Translations under genes and position numbers: made by a program
From: Candidatus Latescibacterota bacterium
GTDB taxonomy: Bacteria; Latescibacterota; UBA2968; GCA-2709665
Reading direction: 5' to 3'
NCBI GenBank assembly: GCA_965226795.1
Contig: CBDDDZ010000005.1
Span: 2,656,001 to 2,720,000 of the forward strand
DNA: 64,000 nt
The notes under the pieces: generated by a model
Seen by the model: the letters and a program-made list of their open reading frames with translations, nothing else
Database searches by the model: none
What the model was told of the DNA's origin: nothing
Shown: positions 53,002 to 62,540 of the stretch, piece by piece
Layout: each line of letters opens with the position of its first letter
Position numbering within the stretch: position 1 is the stretch's first letter

Positions 53002-54228
53002 TTATCCCCCTTCAAACAACCCCTCATTTGCGATCACCTCCAACGCCTCGCCCATCGCACGGACGGCCTCATCAATATCCGCCTCGGAGTGCGAGAAATT
53101 GGTATAGCAGACCGAATAGATAATGATCCCCCGCTTCAGCACTTCCTCGTTGAACCTGAGAAACAGCCGGCCCGCGTCCGGATGATCGAATACCAGTTGC
53201 CCGACGGGAGACGCTCCCACGAAGCGCGCCGGCAGGCCTAATCGCCTGCTGTGGGCATTAAAGCCTTCGTGAAGCTGTTCACCGCGCTTCCACAGCATGC
53301 CGATCACATCCTCCCGTTCATACACGTCAAGCACCGCCCGTGCCGCGGCCAGCCCGAGCGTGTCCCCTCCGAAGGTGGAAGATACGACGCAATCTTTCAC
53401 CGTCTCCATCACCGCCGCATTCCCCACAAAACAGGACAGCGGCACACCGTTCGACAGGCCCTTGGCGAACACCGCCAGGTCGGGGACCACCTCGAAATAC
53501 TCCTGCGCGCCGGCGCGCCGCAGGCGGAACCCTGTAACGATTTCGTCGAATATGAGGACTGCGCCGTGCTGCTTCGTTAACGTACGCAATTCCCTCAGAA
53601 AGGACCGCCCCTGTTCAATTTCCGCATACGCGCAAGCCACGCTTACGGCCGCAATCTCACCCGGTGCAGCTTCGAACGCCTCGGCATACGGCCCGATGTC
53701 ACCCCACGGCAACGCCCTGTAGGTTTGCCGTGTCGCCTCCGGCACGCCGCTACGAGCCATCGTGTTGACCCAACCATGATACCCGCAGGTCAGGACGAGT
53801 TCCCGTTCCGTAAACGCCCTCGAAAGCCGATGCGCGGCCGCCATCGCCTCGCCGCCTGTCTTCAGGAATCGAACCCGCTCCGCGCACGGCAACACGTCGA
53901 CCAGCCGCTGTGCGACCTCGACCTCCAGGGGGTGGGGATAGCTGAACACGATGCCACTTTCCAGTTGCGCTCTGACGGCCTCATCGACCGCCGGAAACCG
54001 ATACCCCAGGGTTATGGGTCCCAGGCCGTTTCTGAAATCGATATATTCGTTGCCATCGGCATCCCACACCCGGCATCCGTCACCGCGAACCAGGTAGCAC
54101 GGCTCCACGCCGCGCAACGCCTCTCTCGGCGCCTTGGAATGTGTCTGCGTACCCATCGGGATGACCGTCTGGGCCAGGTCGTACAGCTCCCACGAGCGGG
54201 CAACCGACCGCTCAACCACCGTTGCCAT
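53002..54228 (-). CDS. Class III PLP aminotransferase (GSA-aminomutase-like)
   Basis: TQTHSK, VWDADGNEYID, RFLKTGGEA, GYHG, LIFDEIVTGFR, FAKGLSNG. RBS AGGAGG. Confidence 0.9.
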   Translation of the reverse strand: MATVVERSVARSWELYDLAQTVIPMGTQTHSKAPREALRGVEPCYLVRGDGCRVWDADGNEYIDFRNGLGPITLGYRFPAVDEAVRAQLESGIVFSYPHPLEVEVAQRLVDVLPCAERVRFLKTGGEAMAAAHRLSRAFTERELVLTCGYHGWVNTMARSGVPEATRQTYRALPWGDIGPYAEAFEAAPGEIAAVSVACAYAEIEQGRSFLRELRTLTKQHGAVLIFDEIVTGFRLRRAGAQEYFEVVPDLAVFAKGLSNGVPLSCFVGNAAVMETVKDCVVSSTFGGDTLGLAAARAVLDVYEREDVIGMLWKRGEQLHEGFNAHSRRLGLPARFVGASPVGQLVFDHPDAGRLFLRFNEEVLKRGIIIYSVCYTNFSHSEADIDEAVRAMGEALEVIANEGLFEGG

Positions 54229-54310
54229 GATTTACCTCCTGAAGGAATCCTTCCCCGGGCTTCGAATGAGGAGAATATTCGGGGCGACCCGTTGTCCCCC
54301 GCACTGCGGA

Positions 54311-56278
54311 TCAATACCCGTGAATCGAATGCCCGCCACCCGGAAACCAAATCATATCCACAACCAACGAAACCCCCACGCCCGTGGAATAACCCACCAG
54401 CACGCCGAGGAAAAACGGCACGTAACGGCGGTAGAGCGCTGCCCCTCCAATTCGCAGTATGAGGAATTTGATTGCCCAGGCCAGAAAAACCGAAAACACG
54501 GTATACCGTACAGACGTCCCCGTACCGGCCAGCGCGAATCCAACGGGGTGGAAGGGCCACCACGGAAACCGATACTTCAGAAACGTCAACAAAGACATCA
54601 CCGCGGCGCCGATGCCAAACAGGCTCAGCTGCAAACGGTCGGGCGGCTCCGGGTTGTTCATCTGGGTCAACACGCCGGCAAAGCCTGACTTGCTATAGCG
54701 GGTGAACGGATAGTCGTTGAAATTAAAGGCCCCGTAAGTATAACCAAGGTATAACGTGAACAGGATCGAGAAGACACATCCCACGCCGAACGCCAACAAC
54801 ACCGCCGCAAGTACACGCCGCCGCCCGTCTGCGGGGCACACGTCCGCCAGTTTGGCGCCGTGCATAACCGACGGCATGAACAGACCCTTTCCGTAGGACG
54901 CGACGCCATTCGTGAATGCAAGCGTAGTCAGACTGGACCCGGACAGATTCTGCGACCCGAACAACGACGTGACAAACCGTTGCGGCCCTACAGGCATGCT
55001 GATGAATACCAGACCGACGTCGGAAACGATGCGCGATACGCCCAGATATAGGATGAAAGTCGCCAAAACGAACGCAAACGCCAGGCCAAGACTCATGCCG
55101 GCCTGCCACCACCAGAAAACGGCGAACAGTGCGGACACAATCAGCCCGAACACTGCCGTCCTGAACGACATCATTTCATCTTTCTCATCCAGCGGTGCTG
55201 CCCTCCCAAGTGCCTTCATAAGTACCAGTTTCAAGTGGTTCCTTGACGTCCAGAGTCCCCATCCCACCATTGCAAAAAAGGCGCCCAGGGGCAACCACTG
55301 GAAATCTTCCGACGCGTGCGCCCACGAACTGGCGTTATATCCGAGCCGGTTCAGAATACCGCTTCGAATGATGAACAACAGATCAAAAAACCAGAGACTG
55401 AACAACACGTCGATATTGGCAAAATAGCAGAACGAAATCGTAAACATATTGATTCGCGTCCACAATCCCGGGAAATATCGTTCGAACTTGATCCATGGAC
55501 CCCAGCGGATATTCGGAATCTGCGGAAAGCCGGGAACGAAATAATCGATCATATTCCAGGCCAGAATGCCAAACGCAACCGCGAATCCGATCCAGAAAAG
55601 CCGAGGGAAATCGGATGTCTCGGTGCGGGCCGTAAGGTCAGTTAGCGGGCGCAAAATCGGAAATGAAAGACGTTCACTCTCCACCCACTGCTTGCGCAAA
55701 ATCACCGCCAGGCAGACCGAACCAAAAAACAGCGCGGTAATCAGCCCCATCCAGCAAACCACCGGCACGAACCAGACGTTCCAGGGAATGGAGTCGCCAG
55801 GTGGCAATCCTTCGAACAGATAATTCAATGTGCCGTTTGTGTTCCTTGGTGCCAGCCAATGCGGAATATAGGGATGGAAGAACTCTCCCCATTGATTCTC
55901 CGGCGTCGCAAAATAGAACGGCGCAGCAATTGCCCCCAGGAAATACCCTGTCAGACCCACCGAAGGAATGGCGCCGCCGACGAGACCGCCCGCCAGCACC
56001 ACCAGCAGTTCTGTTGACGATAGCGCAAATCGACGCGCGAGTAACCGGCACAGCGGATTCAGTCCCAGGGCAAGCAGGAGGTAGAGCAACAGAGTACCCA
56101 TTGGAAAATGACTCAACGTCAATCGCGACGCATGGACAACGTACTCCACGTAATTCACCACGAGATTCACACCGACCGCCAGACCCCCGGCCATGAAAAC
56201 GCTACGTAGCGTCACCGCCTGCCTGTGAGTCTGCGACACGGAATCTGTGGTCGGAACAACATTCGAAGCCTCGGCCAC
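54311..56278 (-). CDS. Polytopic membrane protein, probably DUF6785/DUF6784 family (putative transporter)
   Basis: Many TM helices; IPW..W..P...W, ILRKQWVESERLSFP, DVLFSLWFF, FPWWPFHPVGF, FLAWAIKFLILRIGG..LYRR..PFFLG. GTG start. Confidence 0.75.
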   Translation of the reverse strand: MAEASNVVPTTDSVSQTHRQAVTLRSVFMAGGLAVGVNLVVNYVEYVVHASRLTLSHFPMGTLLLYLLLALGLNPLCRLLARRFALSSTELLVVLAGGLVGGAIPSVGLTGYFLGAIAAPFYFATPENQWGEFFHPYIPHWLAPRNTNGTLNYLFEGLPPGDSIPWNVWFVPVVCWMGLITALFFGSVCLAVILRKQWVESERLSFPILRPLTDLTARTETSDFPRLFWIGFAVAFGILAWNMIDYFVPGFPQIPNIRWGPWIKFERYFPGLWTRINMFTISFCYFANIDVLFSLWFFDLLFIIRSGILNRLGYNASSWAHASEDFQWLPLGAFFAMVGWGLWTSRNHLKLVLMKALGRAAPLDEKDEMMSFRTAVFGLIVSALFAVFWWWQAGMSLGLAFAFVLATFILYLGVSRIVSDVGLVFISMPVGPQRFVTSLFGSQNLSGSSLTTLAFTNGVASYGKGLFMPSVMHGAKLADVCPADGRRRVLAAVLLAFGVGCVFSILFTLYLGYTYGAFNFNDYPFTRYSKSGFAGVLTQMNNPEPPDRLQLSLFGIGAAVMSLLTFLKYRFPWWPFHPVGFALAGTGTSVRYTVFSVFLAWAIKFLILRIGGAALYRRYVPFFLGVLVGYSTGVGVSLVVDMIWFPGGGHSIHGY

Positions 56279-56568
56279 TACGCACGTCCTTCCGTTTTAA
56301 CGTTCCCACACGAGCGAACACGCCATCCCGGGGTCCATCCCCGCCCGCCAACACCGGCTTATCACAAATATAAGACTTACAGCCAACTCCAGCAATGCCG
56401 ACCGAAATGGGCGGGTGATCCTTCTATCGAGGCCCTCGGGGTAGAGCCCGTGCACATCGAGATTGAGGTAACCCGGGGGGAGGTCTATGCCATTCGAGGT
56501 AATTTCACAATCAGTACATCAAATCCGGCCGTCGTGACCGCTGCAGGATGCACCCTTGCACGACCCGA

Positions 56569-58170
56569 CTAAACGCCAGCCGCCCACGTGTTTCCGCCCG
56601 CCCGCACCTTTCCCGCCGACTTCAGAAATTCCGCGCAATGCGCGCCTCCCGCCACCCCCCCGACCACATCCAATTCGTGCCCCATCTCAAGCAGACCATC
56701 CCGAATGGACTCGGCGAGAGATCTCGTCACCATCAGGGGCTCCTCCATCTGGACGTGCATCCGGGGGCCGGACACCGCCTCCCAGGAAGTTGCGCCGAAA
56801 TCCACGATTTTCTGCGCGAACCGCGCATTTACACTCACAAGCCGGCGCCCTCCGGGCAACCCCGCCGCGACGTCGCGGTCCGGCAGGCGGATCATCAGCG
56901 GGGCCGTATTGTTCAGCGGCCGTTTTCCCGGCGCCACTGAATTCTTGCGTCCGGGCCGCGGATCCAGCCGGCACATCCCGTGCCCCAGAATCAACCCCGT
57001 ACCGGGCACCGTGACCACGGAGCCGAATGCGCCGCCCTGCGAAATCGTCACTGAAGCCACGTTGCCTTCCACGTCCGCCGCGGAAACATGGAGCGTTCCG
57101 GCTGTCGAATCCCCCTCGGGCTTCGGGGACCGTTGGTCTACGCAATCCGGAAACTGCCGCACCGACTCCACGCGTCCTGCCGCGTAGTCTTTGCTCAAGA
57201 GCCGCTGGACCTGAACATCCACGTGATCCGGATCACCCAGATACAGCAGGCGATCGCGCCAGGCCAATTTTAGTACTTCGGCCAGCCGGTGCCAGTACGT
57301 CACCGTATTTTCCGGCACTGGCTCGAAGCATTCCAGCATATTCAGGACCTGGAGGGCCGTCAGCCCACCGTTCGGCAATATCGCCGCATTAGACGTACGT
57401 GGTCTCGTAAGGCGCCGTCACACGCGGCTCATAGCGCGCCATATCCTCCCTGGTAAGCGCGCCCCCCGTAAGGCTGACGTGATCCGCGATCTTCCGCCCG
57501 ATCTCCCCATCGTAGAAGTCCCGCCACCCCGCCTCACACGCACGCGTCAACGACTTCTCCATGTCCCGCCTGTGCCAGACGTCGTCCGGTGCGGGCAAAC
57601 GCCCTTCCGGCATCAAATGCTTCTCCGTTGCCTCAAACCGGCGAATGACCGCCTCCAGGTTCCGAATCGCGCCCGCGGTGGAGCCAAAAGGAAATCCATT
57701 CTCCAGCAACGTCAGGGCCGGCGCCACGATATCCGACCACTTCAACCGGCCCCAGCGCTCCCACAATACCCCCATCCCGGCCATCATTCCGGGCGGACCC
57801 ACCGCCCGCGGTCCGTGCACATTGGCGTTGTCCGTACGGAACAGAGAAATTCGTTCTCGTTGATTCCCTTCGGCCCGTCCTGCATCGGCATCAAATCGTA
57901 CATCGTCTCACTCGCCGACGCGGGCGCGATGGAGTTGCCATCCAGAGACCATACTTTCCCGGAGCGACCGTCCAGCACCAGTGCGCACAGCACGTACCCC
58001 ATCACGCCCGTGGACTGCGGCTGCAGCATACAGCAGGCCATACTGGTCGCCGCCGCCGCGTCCATCGCGTTTCCACCCTGCTCGAATATCCGCGCCCCCA
58101 CCCTGGCCGCTTCTTCGGGGCCGGCCGCGACGGCGCCTCTGGACGTGAGGATTTCCGTTCCTTCAATCAT
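56569..58170 (-). pseudogene. ggt: Gamma-glutamyltransferase family protein, disrupted
   Basis: GGNAMDAA, VGPPG....M....ERWGRL.W, FYDGEIG, LGDPD, GTLHVSAAD..GN, GKRPL, GLPGG. Missing G at about 57832 and a frameshift with stop at about 57389-57391. Confidence 0.85.
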
Positions 58171-58272
58171 CCGTTTCCTCCATGGGAATTGCGGACCGCC
58201 ATTTCGGCCGTAGGCCGCGGTGTCCAACGTCTACGGTAGACGGACAGCGTCAGGGTTTGTCCCGTAGGACTA

Positions 58273-59490
58273 TTACAAACCGGCTGCGACCTTGTTAATT
58301 GCGGCCGCGATGTCACGGATGTCCGACTCTTCCATGTGTTCATGGATCCCTCGTACCGCGACCGTCCGCAAACCAGCTACGGCCTGAGGGGTTGTATCGG
58401 GTCCATAGTGGTACTCGCGGTCCGTCACCCCGCAGGTGAATGGGCATCCGCTATTTCCGTAGGTGATCTTCCCGGTCAGGTATTTCCCGCGCATGAATAT
58501 CGGGTCACCAATATAGTGCGCTCCTACCGCGACCCCCTCGGCGGACACCGCCTTGCAGAACCGATCGGGATCGTGACCCGTCACATGAAATATGAAATTC
58601 CACCACGACACCTCCCGATCCGCCTCCCCGGGCACGGGTTCGATTCCCGGCGCATCCGCAATCAACTCACACAACAGCCGCCCCAGGTGGATCCGCCGCT
58701 CAACGACGACCCGCACCTTTTCCAACTGCGCCAGACCCACGGCCCCCTGCATCTCTGTCATGCGGTACGTCGGCGCCAGGAAGCCGTGGTCCCGCTCTCC
58801 CATGTATCGGTAGTCCCAACCCTTATCCGAAAACAGTTTCAGGCGAACAAACGTCTCCTCGTCGTTGGTAACGGTCATCCCGCCGTCGCCCGTCGTCATG
58901 TGTTTGGACTGCTGCAGGCTGAAACAACCGATATGTCCGAACGTCCCCACGTACCGACCCCTGAATCTGGTGGCATGGGCCTGGCTGCAATCCTCGATCA
59001 GGATAAGATTGTATCGATCCGCAATATCCACAACCGCGTCCACGTCGCATGGCCTGCCGAACAGATGCACCAGAATAATCGCCCGGGTCCGGTCCGTAAT
59101 GGCCGCCCCGATAGACCCGGGCGTCATGTTCAATGTCCTCGGATCCACGTCGGCAAAGACCGGCACGGCGTTCTGCTGCAGGATAGGCATCACGCTGCCC
59201 GGATCGGTAACGGGCGCGGTGATGATCTCATCGCCCGGTTCCGGGTTCACGGCCCCCACGGCAAGGTGGATGGCCGCCGATCCGCCGGTGGAACTCTGCG
59301 CGTACCTGACGCCGTAGAAGTCGGCAAAGCCCTTTTCGAATTCCTTCACGAACCGTCCGCTCTTGCCGAATAGATTCTGGCTGCGTACCGCTGCGATCAA
59401 CAATTCCTCTTCCCGCTGCCCGAACGGCGCCCTTTCGGGAAACGGGCTGGTTCGGACCTTCGGGCCTCCATGTATCGCAAGCTTCTCCAT
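58273..59490 (-). CDS. DegT/DnrJ/EryC1/StrS family aminotransferase
   Basis: MEKLAIHGG, PGDEII, VFADVDP, AIILVHLFG, IEDCSQAH, FSLQQSKHMTTGDGG, YRMTEMQGAVG. Confidence 0.92.
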   Translation of the reverse strand: MEKLAIHGGPKVRTSPFPERAPFGQREEELLIAAVRSQNLFGKSGRFVKEFEKGFADFYGVRYAQSSTGGSAAIHLAVGAVNPEPGDEIITAPVTDPGSVMPILQQNAVPVFADVDPRTLNMTPGSIGAAITDRTRAIILVHLFGRPCDVDAVVDIADRYNLILIEDCSQAHATRFRGRYVGTFGHIGCFSLQQSKHMTTGDGGMTVTNDEETFVRLKLFSDKGWDYRYMGERDHGFLAPTYRMTEMQGAVGLAQLEKVRVVVERRIHLGRLLCELIADAPGIEPVPGEADREVSWWNFIFHVTGHDPDRFCKAVSAEGVAVGAHYIGDPIFMRGKYLTGKITYGNSGCPFTCGVTDREYHYGPDTTPQAVAGLRTVAVRGIHEHMEESDIRDIAAAINKVAAGL

Positions 59491-59508
59491 TTTCGCTCCA
59501 ACAAAAGA

Positions 59509-59588
59509 AGAATCCAGAAGCTGGAAATCAGAATCCGGAAGGAAAACCGGGTTTTCTTCCAAATCCTGACTCTCGACTCCTGGATTTC
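59509..59588. repeat. Degenerate heptamer tandem repeats in inverted arrangement
   Basis: AGAATCC-AGAAGCT-GGAAATC-AGAATCC-GGAA ... TCCTGAC-TCTCGAC-TCCTGGA-TTTCT. Confidence 0.5.
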
Positions 59589-59639
59589 TAAATGGTGCGC
59601 CGCCCTATCCTCCTCCATCCCAATCCACGATTCCCGTCC

Positions 59640-62057
59640 TTACCGTTCCAACCGGAACAAGACCTCCTTCTCCGCCTCCGCGTTGCCGTTCTGATCCACG
59701 ATGCGAACCGTCAGCCGGTTCACGCCGGATTTGGCGTTCCCGAGATCCATCTCGAAATATTCCTGCAGATCCGTTTCCTCCCGGACCTGCTCCGTGGATA
59801 CCGACACCTCGGGGTTGCGTTCGCCCCTGCGGAAGAGCGCGCCCGCGCCCGCCCAGAGACGTCCGAACGTACCGCCCTTCTCCGGCATCGAGTGGATTGT
59901 ATAATGCAACGTAAACCGGCTCTGATCGAACGTGTCCGGCTTCAACCCGTAGGCTTCGTAATACACGAACGGGTGCTGGTTCATCCGATAGGTCTTGGTC
60001 GTCATCGGAATCACCCAGATACCGCCCCCCTTGGCGTATTTCTCCAGGCCGCCCTCCGTCGAGACCTGAAACCCCAATTCCAGGCCGCTCAACTTCAACG
60101 TATCGCGGGAATAGTCCTCCACCTCGAGACGTTCTTTGTAAATGCCCGAATGGCCGGAAACCAGATCCTTGACCTGAACGCGCAGATCGTACGTGCCCGG
60201 GCTCGCGTCCAGCGCAAGCTGATTCGGAATAAAGGTTCCTTTCCCCGTATATAGTTCCTTCGACGTGCGCAATACCAGTTCCTCACTATCCTGCAGCGTC
60301 TGGCCGGTTTCCGTATCGAACAGGGCGATCGCGCACCCCATCTGGACCACGGGTTGCTCTTCTGATTCCGACTCTCTCAGACTTCGCGGCGGAATACCGT
60401 AATAGACCTCCACCCGCGTCTTGCCATTGGATCCTCGAAACGTCGCCCGATCGTAGTAAAAATCCAGAAATGCCTCGCGGCCGCCCGGCAGATAGTGCTC
60501 GGGCATCTGCCGGATGCTCCTGTTCATCACCATTGCCGGCGAGAATTTCACGAACCGGCTTGTCCGTCGCAACGCGCCCTCGTCGAAATCCGCCGCGGGC
60601 ACGGGCGCAAAATCAAACTTCCCGCCACCCCACTCGTTGGTAAACACCACCTCGATTCCCCCGGCGACGCCGGTATACACCCAGGATTCCCACTTTATGA
60701 AGGACATGAAATCCCCACCCGCCGCCTGCGTCCGGTTCGGCGACAGCGTCACCTCGTAGTTGTCTCCGTCCAGCGCCGACATATCGGCCGGCGCCAGCGG
60801 TTCGTCGATCAGCGCGGGCGCCCCCAATTCTACCTCCATGGGGTCCGGCGCCGCGCCCCGATCGGTTCCCGGCGGCATTTCAAAGGGGAAATCCAGTCCC
60901 ACCTCGTGCATCCTGCGAATCGGGAATACCGGTCCCTGGCCCACCTCGGCCATGCCCAGGGGACCGTAAATATCGTACGCGACACGTTCCTTGATTCGCT
61001 CCACGGAAACCGGCATCGGCGGCGCCGCGCTGGCTGACGACGACCGGTAATCCGGAGCGCCGTACCGCATATAGACCTCTCCCCGCCGGTCCCACGGGTG
61101 GGCCATCTCAGAGAAACCAGTCCTGGAATACCACACCCGGCGATAGTGCTCCAGCTTGCGTTCATTCACCGCAGTCATCAGATCCGGGTCCCTCACCGAC
61201 CAGAACCTTACCAGATACTCCCGCCGCGCCGCCGGATCATGCGCCGTCGCCCGGTAAGCGAGGAGTTCTTCCCTGGATGCGATCAGACTCACGTCCTGAT
61301 ACAACTGGCGTTCCTCCGGCGGCATCTTTGAAAATCCACGGCCGTAATATTGCATTGCCAGGTCCAGTGCCATCCGGCTCGCACAGGCCTGCGCCACCAC
61401 CGGCAACAACAACGCTTCGTCCGTTGCCACCTCCAGGGAATCCAGCGCCTGCGAGGGTAATTCCCCAAGAACCCCCGTCCGAACATATGCAGTGACCACT
61501 GCACGGAGTACCGCCGGATCTCGGGTCGGATCCACCGATAGGGAACGGACGTACGTGTCGACCGACCTGCCGTAGTCCTCTATATCGGAATATAACCGCC
61601 CCAGAAGCCGGTGGACCAATTCGAAGTCAGGCGCAAGCGCGGCTGCCCGCGACGCATGGTAGATCGTCTGCTCGGAAAATCTCCCTTTTTCTCCCTCGGC
61701 CGTCCCAGACCGATAGGACGCCAGCGCCATGCCGAAATGCGCCGCCGAAAAATCGTCGTTCTGCGAAAGGGCCGACTGGAACGCCTCCCTGGCAGCCTTC
61801 AGATCCGCCTTCAGCAACCGGGCGTACCCGATCCGAGTATTGTGACCAGCCGGATCCCCCACCAATTGCGGCCAGTACACCCGCACGGCACGCTGCACCT
61901 CCCAGTCAGTTTCAGAGACAGCCGTTGAGTCCACGGCCGGGTCCGGCGCTCCTTGTCCGGCTCGGACAGGGTGATTTCCCATCAGCAGAAGGGTCAATCC
62001 CGCGAGCCAGAGAACCATCCTGCGTGTTCGAATCCGGTGCATTGTCATCGTCCTCAT
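59640..62057 (-). CDS. Secreted TPR + GWxTD-domain protein (paralog of 49173-52922)
   Basis: Signal peptide; TPRs; FWSVRDPDLMTAVNERKLEHYRRV...PWDRRGEVYMRYGAPD; WESWVY; SGLELG...VYYEAYGL. Confidence 0.85.
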   Translation of the reverse strand: MRTMTMHRIRTRRMVLWLAGLTLLLMGNHPVRAGQGAPDPAVDSTAVSETDWEVQRAVRVYWPQLVGDPAGHNTRIGYARLLKADLKAAREAFQSALSQNDDFSAAHFGMALASYRSGTAEGEKGRFSEQTIYHASRAAALAPDFELVHRLLGRLYSDIEDYGRSVDTYVRSLSVDPTRDPAVLRAVVTAYVRTGVLGELPSQALDSLEVATDEALLLPVVAQACASRMALDLAMQYYGRGFSKMPPEERQLYQDVSLIASREELLAYRATAHDPAARREYLVRFWSVRDPDLMTAVNERKLEHYRRVWYSRTGFSEMAHPWDRRGEVYMRYGAPDYRSSSASAAPPMPVSVERIKERVAYDIYGPLGMAEVGQGPVFPIRRMHEVGLDFPFEMPPGTDRGAAPDPMEVELGAPALIDEPLAPADMSALDGDNYEVTLSPNRTQAAGGDFMSFIKWESWVYTGVAGGIEVVFTNEWGGGKFDFAPVPAADFDEGALRRTSRFVKFSPAMVMNRSIRQMPEHYLPGGREAFLDFYYDRATFRGSNGKTRVEVYYGIPPRSLRESESEEQPVVQMGCAIALFDTETGQTLQDSEELVLRTSKELYTGKGTFIPNQLALDASPGTYDLRVQVKDLVSGHSGIYKERLEVEDYSRDTLKLSGLELGFQVSTEGGLEKYAKGGGIWVIPMTTKTYRMNQHPFVYYEAYGLKPDTFDQSRFTLHYTIHSMPEKGGTFGRLWAGAGALFRRGERNPEVSVSTEQVREETDLQEYFEMDLGNAKSGVNRLTVRIVDQNGNAEAEKEVLFRLER

Positions 62058-62310
62058 TACGAATTGACCCCAATACGTTTGACCGCACCCGTCTTCTCAG
62101 AGGCGCAGCAGCGGGAAACGTCGTTCTCTTTCCAATAACATTTGGATGCTCATAGGCAGAAATGGTTGCAGAAAATTCGCCAACCGCCGTCCGAACCGTT
62201 CATACGATGCCAACGGACGCAACGAACGCAACGAACGTCATTGAGCCGTGAACAGGATCCATACCCGGCACACAGGACGGGACCCCGAGCCTGTGTCCCG
62301 TTAGCCTTGA

Positions 62311-62394
62311 CCTGAGCCGCTACCTGAGTGTGTCGAAGGATTGTCGAAAGGCACCGGAACGGCTGGCGAAACGCGGGCGCTTCGGCAAGCCCAG
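62311..62394. repeat. Degenerate CTGAG...GTCGAAG / CTTCG...CAG palindromic element with a nested second copy
   Basis: CCTGAGC[CGCTA-CCTGAGTGTGTCGAAGG-A]TTGTCGAAAGG ... CTTCGGCAAGCCCAG. Confidence 0.45.
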
Positions 62395-62487
62395 TGCTGC
62401 TGATTGAAACCACGATGCCAATTCTCAGGCTTTCCGGTACCGACGACGTTTTCTCCCTAGCCCAGGCAACATCGCTCAGCACAATAA

Positions 62488-62518
62488 GAAAGGGGGACGA
62501 TCCTGCGGATCGCCCCCC
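62488..62518 (-). terminator. Putative intrinsic terminator after the PorV-like gene
   Basis: GGGGGACGATCC-TGC-GGATCGCCCCC hairpin; preceding AAGAAA gives a U-rich tail on the minus strand. Confidence 0.5.
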
Positions 62519-62540
62519 GGATTTGCAGCGATTCCCACCC

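Noticed and set aside
56400..56500. Peptide SIEALGVEPVHIEIEVTRG resembling the start of ComM/YifB
   Set aside because: Only about 20 residues of weak resemblance, with no start/RBS context and no downstream continuation.
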